A stretch of 64,000 bases of DNA from a virus (Duplodnaviria > Caudoviricetes): positions 136,761 to 200,760 of IMG/VR virus record IMGVR_UViG_3300030419_006251. The stretch is one strand, 5' to 3'. This document shows, in pieces, positions 47,706 through 56,267 of the stretch; the stretch's first letter is position 1, and each line of letters begins with the position of its first letter. Below the pieces are notes generated by a model. It ran no database searches. It had not been told where the DNA came from and worked only from the letters and a program-made list of their open reading frames with translations. The position numbers and the translations under genes were made by a program.

Positions 47706-48270
47706 CCCCGGAGGGGGAGGGGGGGTACCTGGTAAGTGCTTGTTATTGCTTGGGTTTTGTGTAGCATATACATTGTTATACGGTGTTAAATGTATGTCAA
47801 GTCTTTGTTAGTACTGTGTAGTATATTCTTTTACTTGTTCTTTACATTTATTCTTTTATTACCCTCGTTAAATGTTTCACTCCTCCGTAACACAGGTTAT
47901 ACCTGCCATATGCTGTCGCATGTATCACATACTGTAGCATATATTCTTTTATACCCCTCGGCGTATACCTTTTGATACGGTAGATGCGCCGCGTATACTT
48001 TATGATACGGTGGCTTGTAGCATGTGTCGCATGTATTTGTTACACTGATGCATTTATTACCCTCGCTCATATTGGGCTTGTAACCTGCGTTATCGTGTCG
48101 CATAAATATACATTAAATGTTACACCGTATACTTTATGATACGGACAATAAATGACTTGACAAGCAAGGCGTATATGTACTAGTTCCTTCCCCTGGTTTG
48201 CTCCCTTCTCATTAAATGTTAATACATGTATACAATGTTGCAACTATTATACGATCAGATGGTAGTACCC
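47706..48270. repeat. Non-coding region with G-tract and iterated short repeats (candidate origin/terminus)
   Basis: G-run 47710-47725; (G/C)CGTAT-N8-ATACGG at 47961, 47991, 48125; TGTCGCAT at 47914, 48025, 48096; TTTATTACCCTCG at 47855, 48053. Confidence 0.6.
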
Positions 48271-48279
48271 CTAAGACAT

Positions 48280-48558
48280 TTATACTTCATGTAGTACGGC
48301 ACTGAGGGATTGCATTAAAGCTACTGCAAGTTGTTCACTCTCTGTAGACAATGTAGACAATCCTGTTACACTTTTATTATCATTGGCCTCGGTGGTTTTC
48401 CGTTGCAACTCATTGAGCCCGTTAGCTAGTGTCACAAAGGTGGCAGACAAAGCGAGGTTGTCACCGAATGCCATGGCTCTGCAAGTGTGTCGCTCAAAGA
48501 GTGTAACATTATTTATAACTGGAATACCCTTGATCATATCCTCTTCTGTGTAATACAT
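48280..48558 (-). CDS. Hypothetical protein
   Basis: 92 aa ORF. Confidence 0.5.
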   Translation of the reverse strand: MYYTEEDMIKGIPVINNVTLFERHTCRAMAFGDNLALSATFVTLANGLNELQRKTTEANDNKSVTGLSTLSTESEQLAVALMQSLSAVLHEV

Positions 48559-48933
48559 TTACTTTATTCTCTCCTTTATACCCTCGATGTGTTTGCATTT
48601 ACGACGATAGCTATACCCAATGCAAGTACAACTGAAAAAAATCTGGCGCGAATCGCTCTGATACTCGGTCACGATATATTCACTCCCTCTCGACCCCATC
48701 ACCTTCCACTCTCGACCCTCGCGCGGGGCGGCTGGCTGCTTCTCTCGGCGCTTCACCACCATGTATCGGGGCAAGTCCTCAAAGGTGGTGCTCGGAGGCA
48801 CTGAGAGCCATTCTGAGCCGCTGACTGCATAAGTGCCTGATGGTAGTCTCGTGATGCACGGAGGCCAGTCAACCTCGATGGGGCTGACCGGCGGAGTGTG
48901 CAAAGGTTTATTATCAATCGCAGTCAATGGCAA
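48559..48933 (-). CDS. SWIM zinc-finger protein
   Basis: GSRGSEYIV...FSCTCIGYSYRRKCKHI. Confidence 0.8.
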   Translation of the reverse strand: MPLTAIDNKPLHTPPVSPIEVDWPPCITRLPSGTYAVSGSEWLSVPPSTTFEDLPRYMVVKRREKQPAAPREGREWKVMGSRGSEYIVTEYQSDSRQIFFSCTCIGYSYRRKCKHIEGIKERIK

Positions 48934-50158
48934 TAATCCTCTCGTTGGTCTGGAAGTACGGACGCTGGGCGTAATACTTAGTCGTCATCCACATACGCTG
49001 ACACTTGGATGGAATGGGCTTGGGAGCCATGAGATCCGTCAGGACGATGTGACCGTCGAACCCGTGATCGTTGACATACTTGGTCGGAGGGTTGAAGTCG
49101 GTGCCGCCGTAGCGCACACGGACCCACTTGCGCTTCTCGTTACGCTTCCACACATGAATAAAATCTTCTGCAACCTCGGTATCAAAGGGGATTACCGTGA
49201 ACTCAGCTAGCTCGGCCAGCTTGTTCAACTCAGAGAAGAACGCGGCCAGCATGCCATCATCAACAGAACCGGACTGATCGATGCTGATCGCGATACGAGC
49301 TTGACGACGGACCTTAGAGCCTGCATGGATGTAGGGGTAACGCTTATTCAGGCGCTTCACCGTGCGAGTCTTGTTGGACCGTTGAGAGGTTTTAATGAAG
49401 TACCGCAGCACTTTGCGCCAATCAACCTTAGAGGCGATACGGTCAAGGATGTCGCGACGGCACTCACCAGACACGGAACCCCAGCTATTGGCCTTCTGAG
49501 CCTCTTCTGCAGCCTTCTTGACTGATTCCTTTAGACGCTCCTTCGCGATGTCCTGAGCGGCCCCCTGGCCCTCGCCCCAGCCACTATGATCATCAAAGCT
49601 GTCGCCAAGCTGATCGGATGGGTCGCCGGATCCTCCACCTTCGCCGTCGCCCTGCTGTTCGTCCTGCTCTTCCTGCTTCTTCTTGAGAGCAGCAAAATAA
49701 TGCTCCGCGCTCTTGCCCTTTTCCATATCCGCAAATGGGCCCTCACCGGGCATGCAGCACTGTTCGGGCAACTCGCCGACAAGGTGAGAGTTGATCGCAA
49801 GATCCGTGGCGATGTTCCACATTTTAGACATGCCACCATCGGGCAAACGACCAGTGACATGCTCAAAGACAAGATGATAGAACTCATGCTTGAGCACTCC
49901 AGCACGCTGGACATCTGGCAGCTTCGCAAAGAAGGCCGGATTGTAGAGCATTTCAAAGTGACCATCATCAGTCACGCGAACACCAGCAGTCGGGATCGCG
50001 CCCGATGCCTTCTTGTTGATGCGTCGAGAGAGGGCCGCAAAGAACGGCTCGTCAACGAGTAGACGCGCGGTGTGACGATTCAAGTCAAACTCTGCCACTG
50101 CAGCGGCTAGCTCCTCGGGAGTCATTTCGGGCGCGGGGGATGAAACGGGCTGGGTCAT
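48914..50158 (-). CDS. Putative metallopeptidase + VWA-like domain protein (DUF2201 type)
   Basis: TAGV..MLYNP.F; VLKHEFYHLVFEH; WNIATDLAIN; ISIDQSGSV; GGTDFNP; IVLTD. Confidence 0.85.
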   Translation of the reverse strand: MTQPVSSPAPEMTPEELAAAVAEFDLNRHTARLLVDEPFFAALSRRINKKASGAIPTAGVRVTDDGHFEMLYNPAFFAKLPDVQRAGVLKHEFYHLVFEHVTGRLPDGGMSKMWNIATDLAINSHLVGELPEQCCMPGEGPFADMEKGKSAEHYFAALKKKQEEQDEQQGDGEGGGSGDPSDQLGDSFDDHSGWGEGQGAAQDIAKERLKESVKKAAEEAQKANSWGSVSGECRRDILDRIASKVDWRKVLRYFIKTSQRSNKTRTVKRLNKRYPYIHAGSKVRRQARIAISIDQSGSVDDGMLAAFFSELNKLAELAEFTVIPFDTEVAEDFIHVWKRNEKRKWVRVRYGGTDFNPPTKYVNDHGFDGHIVLTDLMAPKPIPSKCQRMWMTTKYYAQRPYFQTNERIIAIDCD

Positions 50159-50181
50159 AGAAATCTCCTTGCTATACTATA

Positions 50182-50236
50182 AATATAGCATGGTGAGGCG
50201 AAAAGGTCAAGGCTCAAGCTGTCAAGAGAATGTCAA
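50182..50236 (-). promoter_or_regulatory. Triple -35 early promoter, copy 1
   Basis: TTGACA-5-TTGACA-9-TTGACC-17-TATATT. Confidence 0.8.
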
Positions 50237-50535
50237 ATGTCCTCTTCACACGCTCTCGCCTCCTTATCAAGCTCTGCGAGGTCTTCAGCGACATCGGCGA
50301 CGGTCATGGGCCGGTCCTTTCGTCGCTTGGCAGCTTCTCGATCCAACCTCCCCCATCGACGCGATCCGTTTGGATGCTCGCACAAGTGGAGATCGGTGAT
50401 TCCAAGGGCTGTGTAGCGTTTCAGGGCCGTCTGAGTGGCTCGGAGGGTGTCGGGACGGGTTAGCACTGTCTCGTACCCTGAGAGCCGTCCTGCGGCGTCT
50501 AAGTTGACATGCGTGCGGCTGATATAGTATTTCAC
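50233..50535 (-). CDS. Hypothetical protein (GTG start, 100 aa)
   Basis: MKYYISRTHV...; stop is the TGA inside a promoter TTGACA. Confidence 0.55.
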   Translation of the reverse strand: MKYYISRTHVNLDAAGRLSGYETVLTRPDTLRATQTALKRYTALGITDLHLCEHPNGSRRWGRLDREAAKRRKDRPMTVADVAEDLAELDKEARACEEDI

Positions 50536-50627
50536 TATCGGCCCTCGTAGAAAGCGCAGACGGGGATCCCGACGAGTGCGGTGCTCCAAAGAGCGATGAT
50601 GATGGATGATGCGATGATTGCTGTCAT
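50535..50627 (-). CDS. 30-aa membrane peptide (not in ORF track)
   Basis: MTAIIASSIIIALWSTALVGIPVCAFYEGR with AGGAGG SD. Confidence 0.5.
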   Translation of the reverse strand: MTAIIASSIIIALWSTALVGIPVCAFYEGR

Positions 50628-50664
50628 GATATGCCTCCTATGGCGATTGAGTAAAGGTTTAATA

Positions 50665-50740
50665 TGGTGGGCCCTGTCGGATTTGAACCGACGACTATCC
50701 CGTTATGAGCGGGGCGCTCTTACCACTGAACTAAAGGCCC
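50665..50740 (-). tRNA. tRNA with CAT anticodon, probably Ile2 (lysidine type)
   Basis: GGGCCTT acceptor, loop CTCATAA, GGTTCAAATCC, CCA; acceptor resembles Ile2 rather than initiator Met. Confidence 0.88.
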
Positions 50741-50744
50741 GGAA

Positions 50745-50820
50745 TGGTGGGTCAACTGGGACTCGAACCCAGAACCTACGGCTTAAAAGGCCGGTGCTCT
50801 ACCCGTTGAGCTATTGACCC
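50745..50820 (-). tRNA. tRNA-Lys(TTT)
   Basis: GGGTCAA acceptor, loop CTTTTAA, GGTTCGAGTCC, CCA. Confidence 0.95.
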
Positions 50821-50822
50821 GA

Positions 50823-50908
50823 TGGTAGCTGCGGCGGGAGTCGAACCCGCATGCTCATTGGAGCGAGAGATTTTAAGTCTCTTGTGTCTACCGTTCCACC
50901 ACGCAGCC
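50823..50908 (-). tRNA. tRNA-Leu(TAA)
   Basis: GGCTGCG acceptor, AGAGA-CTTAAAA-TCTCT, long variable arm, GGTTCGACTCC, CCA. Confidence 0.95.
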
Positions 50909-50917
50909 AAGGTTTAT

Positions 50918-51985
50918 TTACTGCTGGGACTCTCCAGTCAATAGTTCGACAAGATAGCCACTGACGGATGTACCATCTGCGGCAGAGGACTGGTGAAGCT
51001 CAACAGTATTCTGGATCTCACCGTTGCCCAGAACAACCCACAGCTTCATGGCTACCTCGGATGGCAGCGTGACGAAATAGTTAGCAAGGTTCTGTACCTG
51101 CTCGGCGGGCAGAGCCTCTGCGAAAGCTGCGGTAGCCTCCATCTTCTCGACTAGTGCGCTGTGATCGTTGATCGTGAAATCACTGGTGCGGTCAATCTCA
51201 CCCTTGACCAAAATATCCTCGACCGTCACCTGACGGGAATAGTTGGTGAAGAAGTCCTGCAGTGCAACGGCAGCTTCAAAGCCAACAAACGCTGCAGCGA
51301 GGTTAAAGATCGTACCCGCGTCTGCGTCCTCACCAAGGAGATCCGCGCCGGTCGCTGCCTGATTCAGGCGATCCCAGGAACGACGAGAAGGGTATACCTT
51401 GTTCGGCTCAAAATCGCCGGTGTGCTCAAGGTGATTACGGTTCTGATTGATGAAATCCCAGACCAGACCATCAACCTCGGTCTTGGCCCAATCAAGCCAG
51501 TCCTCGTGGGAAGGCTCGACATCGAAGACCGTGTAGCGGTCAAGCTCCGCAGGATCCATTTCGCCGACCTGATACTGTGCGCCGTGCTCGCCACCGTTGA
51601 CGGCTGCGACAATGATGGTGTCAGCGTGGAGGCTGAAACCGGCCAGCTTGCGACTGTCGGTCAACTCAAAGATGCCTTGACGGACCTCGGGAGTCGCACG
51701 GTCAACCTCATCGAGGAAGAGCACCACAGGCTCATCACAGGCAGTCTTGAACCACGCGGGCGGGTTCCAAGTGGTGACAGCACCGTCAGTGCTCGGAAGG
51801 CCAAGAAGATCGCCCTCAGTCATCTGAGAGGCGCGGCGCTCCACAACCGGGAGTCCGAGATCGCCCGCCAACTGGTAGACAACCTGAGATTTGCCCACAC
51901 CGTGACGGCCACGGAGCAGCACGGGAAACCGTGCAGCGGTGACATGAGGGACGATAGCGCGAAAGGTCTTGAAATCAACTGCCAT
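50918..51985 (-). CDS. MoxR-like AAA+ ATPase
   Basis: Walker A GRHGVGKS, Walker B VLFLDEVDR, AAVN, MDPAELDR, SRRSW. Confidence 0.9.
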   Translation of the reverse strand: MAVDFKTFRAIVPHVTAARFPVLLRGRHGVGKSQVVYQLAGDLGLPVVERRASQMTEGDLLGLPSTDGAVTTWNPPAWFKTACDEPVVLFLDEVDRATPEVRQGIFELTDSRKLAGFSLHADTIIVAAVNGGEHGAQYQVGEMDPAELDRYTVFDVEPSHEDWLDWAKTEVDGLVWDFINQNRNHLEHTGDFEPNKVYPSRRSWDRLNQAATGADLLGEDADAGTIFNLAAAFVGFEAAVALQDFFTNYSRQVTVEDILVKGEIDRTSDFTINDHSALVEKMEATAAFAEALPAEQVQNLANYFVTLPSEVAMKLWVVLGNGEIQNTVELHQSSAADGTSVSGYLVELLTGESQQ

Positions 51986-52036
51986 GATAGGACTCCTTAG
52001 TCGAGGGGGCGAGGGTTCATCCCTCGCTACATTATA

Positions 52037-52091
52037 AATATAGCACAGTGGGGGGAAAAGGTCAAGGACATTCTTGTAAAGAGAATGTCAA
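52037..52091 (-). promoter_or_regulatory. Triple -35 early promoter, copy 2
   Basis: TTGACA-5-TTTACA-9-TTGACC-17-TATATT; a fourth hexamer TTAACA lies 11 bp further upstream. Confidence 0.8.
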
Positions 52092-52099
52092 GAAGATGT

Positions 52100-52624
52100 T
52101 TAACTTACCAGCGTGAAGGCATCGGCCCGGTCGCTGATCTCAGAAATCGAGGTTGTAGGCGCGGTTTGAGAAGGCTTAAGAAGTTTAATCCTGAAGCCAC
52201 CCCAGTCACCATCCCACATGAAGTGGTCGATCACCAGACCTTCGCCGTGATGCTGATGGCACACAAGCGATCCTATGCCGATGGGCTTGGGACGCTCAGA
52301 AATCAGTTCCATGGCCTCGCTGCGCTCGATAGGCTCACCGTCCAAGAAGACCGTATCGGAGGGCTCAGAAGGGCTCTCAGGGGCCTTAAACACAAAGTCA
52401 TCCCAGTCGAGGACGAAATCAATCGCGTTGCAGGCTTCGTGACCAGCCTCGGTCAGATCCCATTCGGGCGGGTGGATGCTGGTTCGCACGGCAAGTCCAG
52501 CCAGCACGAGCATATCCAGATGAGCGCGATTCGGCTCAAGCTCGCCCATGTGCATAAGTGCGTGCCATTCGTCCTCGGTCAGCTTGAGGGCGCGAAGGTC
52601 AGAAGTGGTCGGGGTGTCAGTCAT
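52100..52624 (-). CDS. Hypothetical protein with C-terminal SH3-like segment
   Basis: IGIGSLVCH...EGLVID...FRIKL; SD AAGGAG. Confidence 0.55.
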   Translation of the reverse strand: MTDTPTTSDLRALKLTEDEWHALMHMGELEPNRAHLDMLVLAGLAVRTSIHPPEWDLTEAGHEACNAIDFVLDWDDFVFKAPESPSEPSDTVFLDGEPIERSEAMELISERPKPIGIGSLVCHQHHGEGLVIDHFMWDGDWGGFRIKLLKPSQTAPTTSISEISDRADAFTLVS

Positions 52625-52653
52625 CGGGTAGCTCCTTGCTCGATTACCCCTGT

Positions 52654-52708
52654 ATTATCTCACAGGGGAGAGGGAAAGTCAATAGAAAGTTTGTCAAGAG
52701 AATGTCAA
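52654..52708 (-). promoter_or_regulatory. Triple -35 early promoter, copy 3
   Basis: TTGACA-5-TTGACA-9-TTGACT-17-GATAAT. Confidence 0.75.
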
Positions 52709-52710
52709 GA

Positions 52711-53439
52711 CTACTCGTCACCCTGTTCACGCCAGAACCAGTAGTCGCGCTTTGCGCCCTTCTCAAAAATATCCACGCTGGCATAATCGAGGTTGGAAGC
52801 CGCTTCCCAGCCTGCTGGTGGCGTCGGCACAACATGGGCACGACTCAGGATAGTCACCGTGTTCCATCGGCTGGAAGACTGCGTGACTTCGCTCGGGAAC
52901 GAGAGCACACAAGGTTTATTATCCGTCACTCGACGCGCGATGATGGCAGCGGGCCACTTGGCTTTGCGGTGAATCGTGTCCCACTTGATGCCCGTGACGA
53001 TACACGGAGTCACCGTGCCATACTCATCATGCGACAGGAGAGTGCCGGGACCGACGCCATGTTCACGCATCGCATCCAACACGGTGCGTCGAGTCTCGAC
53101 GGTCAGAGCAGCGTAACGCTCACGATCTGCCTTTTGCTGCGGGCATGTGCGTCGGTTATGTCCGTTCTCCCCGCAATAGCCGCACACGCGGCCTCCGTGG
53201 GTCGCTCGGCGACGGCGTTTGCTTTCGCCCGTGATTGGATCTTCTCCGATGCGCTTGGCTAGCTTTTCGCGAGTGCGCTGATAGGTATAGTCGTCTTCTG
53301 GTCGGGATCCATTCTCGACCTCTTTCCGTAGTCGTTCAAAGCGGTGAGCCATTTGCTCCGTCAACTTCTCGCAGCTTGCGCGGTTGTGGCCTCGCTCGTA
53401 GCAGTGGCCGCATCGAATAGTTCCAGAATAGTTACCCAT
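52711..53439 (-). CDS. Protein with two CCHC zinc knuckles
   Basis: CGHCYERGHNRASC and CGYCGENGHNRRTC (CX2CX4HX4C). Confidence 0.8.
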   Translation of the reverse strand: MGNYSGTIRCGHCYERGHNRASCEKLTEQMAHRFERLRKEVENGSRPEDDYTYQRTREKLAKRIGEDPITGESKRRRRATHGGRVCGYCGENGHNRRTCPQQKADRERYAALTVETRRTVLDAMREHGVGPGTLLSHDEYGTVTPCIVTGIKWDTIHRKAKWPAAIIARRVTDNKPCVLSFPSEVTQSSSRWNTVTILSRAHVVPTPPAGWEAASNLDYASVDIFEKGAKRDYWFWREQGDE

Positions 53440-53484
53440 GTAAAATCTCCAGTGTCAGAGGGTTCAACTCGTTCTTACCCTATA

Positions 53485-53539
53485 AATATAGCCGATATAA
53501 ACGAGGAAGTCAAGGTTAAAGTTGTAAAGAGAATGTCAA
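53485..53539 (-). promoter_or_regulatory. Triple -35 early promoter, copy 4
   Basis: TTGACA-5-TTTACA-9-TTGACT-17-TATATT. Confidence 0.8.
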
Positions 53540-53549
53540 GAGAGGTTAA

Positions 53550-53725
53550 AGAGTGAGTCCGGTCGATGATCGCTGTCCTTGCCGCGTCTTCCTCACCAGC
53601 TTTGTTTTAACTCCCTCGCGGGTTCGCACGCGCATCTACCGTGTTCGGTGACTCTCGCCGTGCAGTGGGTTCATTCAAAGCGTTGAACCCCACCTTTAGT
53701 TTACTATTTCGACCGGACTCACTCT
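53550..53725 (-). ncRNA. Candidate 176-nt structured RNA with perfect 17-bp closing stem
   Basis: AGAGTGAGTCCGGTCGA (53550-53566) / TCGACCGGACTCACTCT (53709-53725); internal hairpins including CCC-GCGA-GGG; fully intergenic. Confidence 0.65.
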
Positions 53726-53733
53726 AGAAAGGT

Positions 53734-54546
53734 TTATTTTACTTTTCGCGCTGCTTTAAGGTGGCGTTCCTCGATAATCACGGGGCGTGCCCCACCGACC
53801 GGCAACACGCTATACTTCTTCGCGCCACGGGCTGCGCTAGTCACTGGTGCAGCGTCGGTCTTGATGACAACGCAAGGCTTATTTCCAGTGCCCCAACGGG
53901 CGCTAGAGGGCGCGGAAGCCCTAAGAGCGACAAATGACCCTGCCGCGTATTTCGGGGCGCTCAGAGTGGCCTCAATGACCTTCTGGGCGTACTTGTTCTC
54001 GACCATCTTACGGTACTGCTTTTGGGTCGGAACGCCATCGGCCAGCACCTTTGTGACAACACCTTGAAAATAGCTTGTCGTCTGGTAGTAACGCGCGGCG
54101 ATGACAGCGCGGTCACGCGGAGACACACCCTTCTCGTCTGGCGAGGTATAATCAGTCGCCCATGTAGCTGCTGCAGCCATGGCCTCATCACTGTTTTCGC
54201 GCTCGATCTTCTCAAGAATCTGTACCTGCTTGGGACTGAGATCACGCCCACCCTGTACCTGTAGGCTCAGACTCATCACAAAGCGGCTAGCCCATGCATC
54301 ATCGCTTACACGCTCTGACAGTGCGCTCAGACGCTTGATCATGGTGCCGCCGCGCTTTGCTGCCTCGGCCAGCTTCTCGGCGCTATAGCGGTCCTCAAGC
54401 TCTCTAACGCAACGCGCTCGGCCAGAGGTCAGGCGACCTTTGCTCTTATAGTAGTGCTGCAAGCTCTCGCAGAACTGACGATCCCGCTGTGAGAGCGGGC
54501 GGGCGAGAAGAGCGATGAAGCGGTCGGCGTAAGTCAGACGGGGCAT
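53734..54546 (-). CDS. Hypothetical protein, repeated LSxKQ helical units plus C-terminal SH3-like domain
   Basis: ATG at 54546 with AAGGAG SD; LSQRDR/LTSGR/LSPKQ/PTQKQ units; GSFVALR...CVVIK...YSVL...LKAA. Confidence 0.6.
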   Translation of the reverse strand: MPRLTYADRFIALLARPLSQRDRQFCESLQHYYKSKGRLTSGRARCVRELEDRYSAEKLAEAAKRGGTMIKRLSALSERVSDDAWASRFVMSLSLQVQGGRDLSPKQVQILEKIERENSDEAMAAAATWATDYTSPDEKGVSPRDRAVIAARYYQTTSYFQGVVTKVLADGVPTQKQYRKMVENKYAQKVIEATLSAPKYAAGSFVALRASAPSSARWGTGNKPCVVIKTDAAPVTSAARGAKKYSVLPVGGARPVIIEERHLKAARKVK

Positions 54547-54569
54547 AGAATCTCCTTGGTTACGCATAT

Positions 54570-54624
54570 AATATAGCCTATGCGCGGGCAGAAGTCAAGT
54601 CAGGAAATGTCAGGGAAATGTCAA
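54570..54624 (-). promoter_or_regulatory. Triple -35 early promoter, copy 5
   Basis: TTGACA-5-CTGACA-9-TTGACT-17-TATATT. Confidence 0.8.
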
Positions 54625-54830
54625 ATCGTAAAATCAATGATTGCAACTCCTCTTTCGGGCTGCTCATCTTCATCGACTTTATGCATGGGCGATTCATAAT
54701 CGCGTGGATCGTGGAGCGGTTCGATGGGATCGGGGGCGCGTAGCTGCAGTGGCGGCTGTCCATCTGGGTGCTCGCGGCGCATAAGGTCGAGGATGACACT
54801 GATCGGAAGGGTCGGATGCATATGATTCAC
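54621..54830 (-). CDS. Hypothetical protein
   Basis: 69 aa; AAGGAG SD; stop inside a promoter TTGACA. Confidence 0.6.
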   Translation of the reverse strand: MNHMHPTLPISVILDLMRREHPDGQPPLQLRAPDPIEPLHDPRDYESPMHKVDEDEQPERGVAIIDFTI

Positions 54831-54845
54831 TCCTTGCTTGCCTAT

Positions 54846-54900
54846 AATATATAGTATTCTGGGGCTGAAATCAACCCTTTTCTTGTAAAGGATTTGTCAA
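54846..54900 (-). promoter_or_regulatory. Triple -35 early promoter, copy 6
   Basis: TTGACA-5-TTTACA-9-TTGATT-17-TATATT. Confidence 0.75.
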
Positions 54901-55068
54901 CGCCTGCAAGAGCCCGCCAGTACACCATCGCTTGACACCAGTATCAGCAAAACAAATCAGATATTGATCGGTTCCTTCTGAAACCTTTAATATGATACCG
55001 GGCGGCTGACTGCCTAGTCCTCGACTCCACATCGCCAAATCGCCTACCTTAAATCTTCTATTTCTCAT
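54871..55068 (-). CDS. SH3/KOW-like array protein
   Basis: FKVGDLAMW...GIILKV...YLICF...LQAL. Confidence 0.65.
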   Translation of the reverse strand: MRNRRFKVGDLAMWSRGLGSQPPGIILKVSEGTDQYLICFADTGVKRWCTGGLLQALTNPLQEKG

Positions 55069-55388
55069 GCTGCAACCTTTGTTTTAAGAATCTCGCACTC
55101 ATACATGAAGTCATCCCATGTCTTCTCAACCCATTCGCCAAAGATGCCGTATAGCTCTCCTGCTGTCATCTTTCGCAGCTTTTCATGATGCCACTCGGGA
55201 GGTTCGACAGCAGCGTCTTCCTCGATGCCGCTACGGTCGTTGTAGACCTTCTTCGCGTCCTCGTCGTCCTCTATTCCGAGATATTGTAGTACATCCTCAA
55301 TAGCTGCGAGGATTGCGCCCTTCTCAGTGAAGTGCGTACTACATGCCATTTCGCCATCGTAGCGAACCATAAAAACCCAAATCGGCAT
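55065..55388 (-). CDS. Hypothetical acidic protein
   Basis: 107 aa, coupled to both neighbours. Confidence 0.6.
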   Translation of the reverse strand: MPIWVFMVRYDGEMACSTHFTEKGAILAAIEDVLQYLGIEDDEDAKKVYNDRSGIEEDAAVEPPEWHHEKLRKMTAGELYGIFGEWVEKTWDDFMYECEILKTKVAA

Positions 55389-55591
55389 TAACCAGTTCCT
55401 CCCTCTTCGACCTTGTTAGCTCCCTTGCTAACAAGGTTTATTTTCCAAGGGGCGAAGTATTCGCCCGTGTGAATCTTAATCATCTTTGTGCCAAGCACCG
55501 CAGTGTCGGCAACCTCTACTATCAATGCAGTCTCGCCGGTGTCTCTGATCCTAACAAGATCGCCAACTTTCCAGGGTCTAGGGTCTTTCAC
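55388..55591 (-). CDS. SH3/KOW-like array protein (GTG start)
   Basis: MKDPRPWKVGDLVRIRDTGETALIVEV; SD GGAGGTGATC. Confidence 0.7.
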   Translation of the reverse strand: MKDPRPWKVGDLVRIRDTGETALIVEVADTAVLGTKMIKIHTGEYFAPWKINLVSKGANKVEEGGTG

Positions 55592-55733
55592 TGATCACCT
55601 CCAGTCCTGTCGAATAGTTATCAGCATCTTCAACGATGCCATCGTCAAACCACTTAATCAATGTCTCATAGGCATCAGCCACGATCACGATTGCTAAATG
55701 TCCGTTACAACTTACCAAATCACCGACTTTCAT
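55578..55733 (-). CDS. SH3/KOW-like array protein (51 aa)
   Basis: MKVGDLVSC...LIKWF...LEVISERP. Confidence 0.7.
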   Translation of the reverse strand: MKVGDLVSCNGHLAIVIVADAYETLIKWFDDGIVEDADNYSTGLEVISERP

Positions 55734-55896
55734 TGATAGCCTCCAGATGATGGGAGAGAAATGAATGGGTGGATCCTTTGACGAGCACGCGATAATGAAG
55801 GATCCGATAACCACTCGGATGGTCGCTGATCTCGACGATCAGGCCGAGAGGTTTATTATCGACCGCAACACACTTGACTAAATCACCGACCTGCAT
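55720..55896 (-). CDS. SH3/KOW-like array protein (58 aa)
   Basis: MQVGDLVKC...LGLIVEI...YRVLV...LEAINESR. Confidence 0.7.
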   Translation of the reverse strand: MQVGDLVKCVAVDNKPLGLIVEISDHPSGYRILHYRVLVKGSTHSFLSHHLEAINESR

Positions 55897-56062
55897 TGAC
55901 AACCTCTATGTATCGGGCATCCCAGTATTCATACCGCCGCACCCGGCTGCACCAAACTCTTACGAACTCACTCGATGCAGCGTTCCTTGTCACTATCGCA
56001 GCGGGGCCGAATGCGGCACCCGTCTTAGCGTGTTTCATCCTTACCAAATCACCGACTTGCAT
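55883..56062 (-). CDS. SH3/KOW-like array protein (59 aa, not in ORF track)
   Basis: MQVGDLVRMKHAKTGAAFGPAAIVTRNAASSEFVRVWCSRVRRYEYWDARYIEVVNAGR. Confidence 0.7.
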   Translation of the reverse strand: MQVGDLVRMKHAKTGAAFGPAAIVTRNAASSEFVRVWCSRVRRYEYWDARYIEVVNAGR

Positions 56063-56267
56063 TGATAACCTCCAAATCTCTCCCTAAATAACGGCGGTTC
56101 TGTCCCCATGCAAAATCACCTCCAATAAGCTGCAGTATGTGAATCTTCTCGCCCGATGCAGTATCATAGTCGCCACGGGTGGCATGCGAGGACACGATCA
56201 GGCCCAGTGTGCCGACAGGTACGCCGATGGAGGCGCGTGTAACTTTAACGAGATCACCGACAGTCAC
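56049..56267 (-). CDS. SH3/KOW-like array protein
   Basis: MTVGDLVKV...LGLIV...LEVINASR. Confidence 0.7.
   Translation of the reverse strand: MTVGDLVKVTRASIGVPVGTLGLIVSSHATRGDYDTASGEKIHILQLIGGDFAWGQNRRYLGRDLEVINASR

Noticed and set aside
53550-53725. Retron msr-msd or diversity-generating retroelement
   Set aside because: No reverse transcriptase in the window and no template/variable repeat pair differing at adenines; kept only as an ncRNA candidate.
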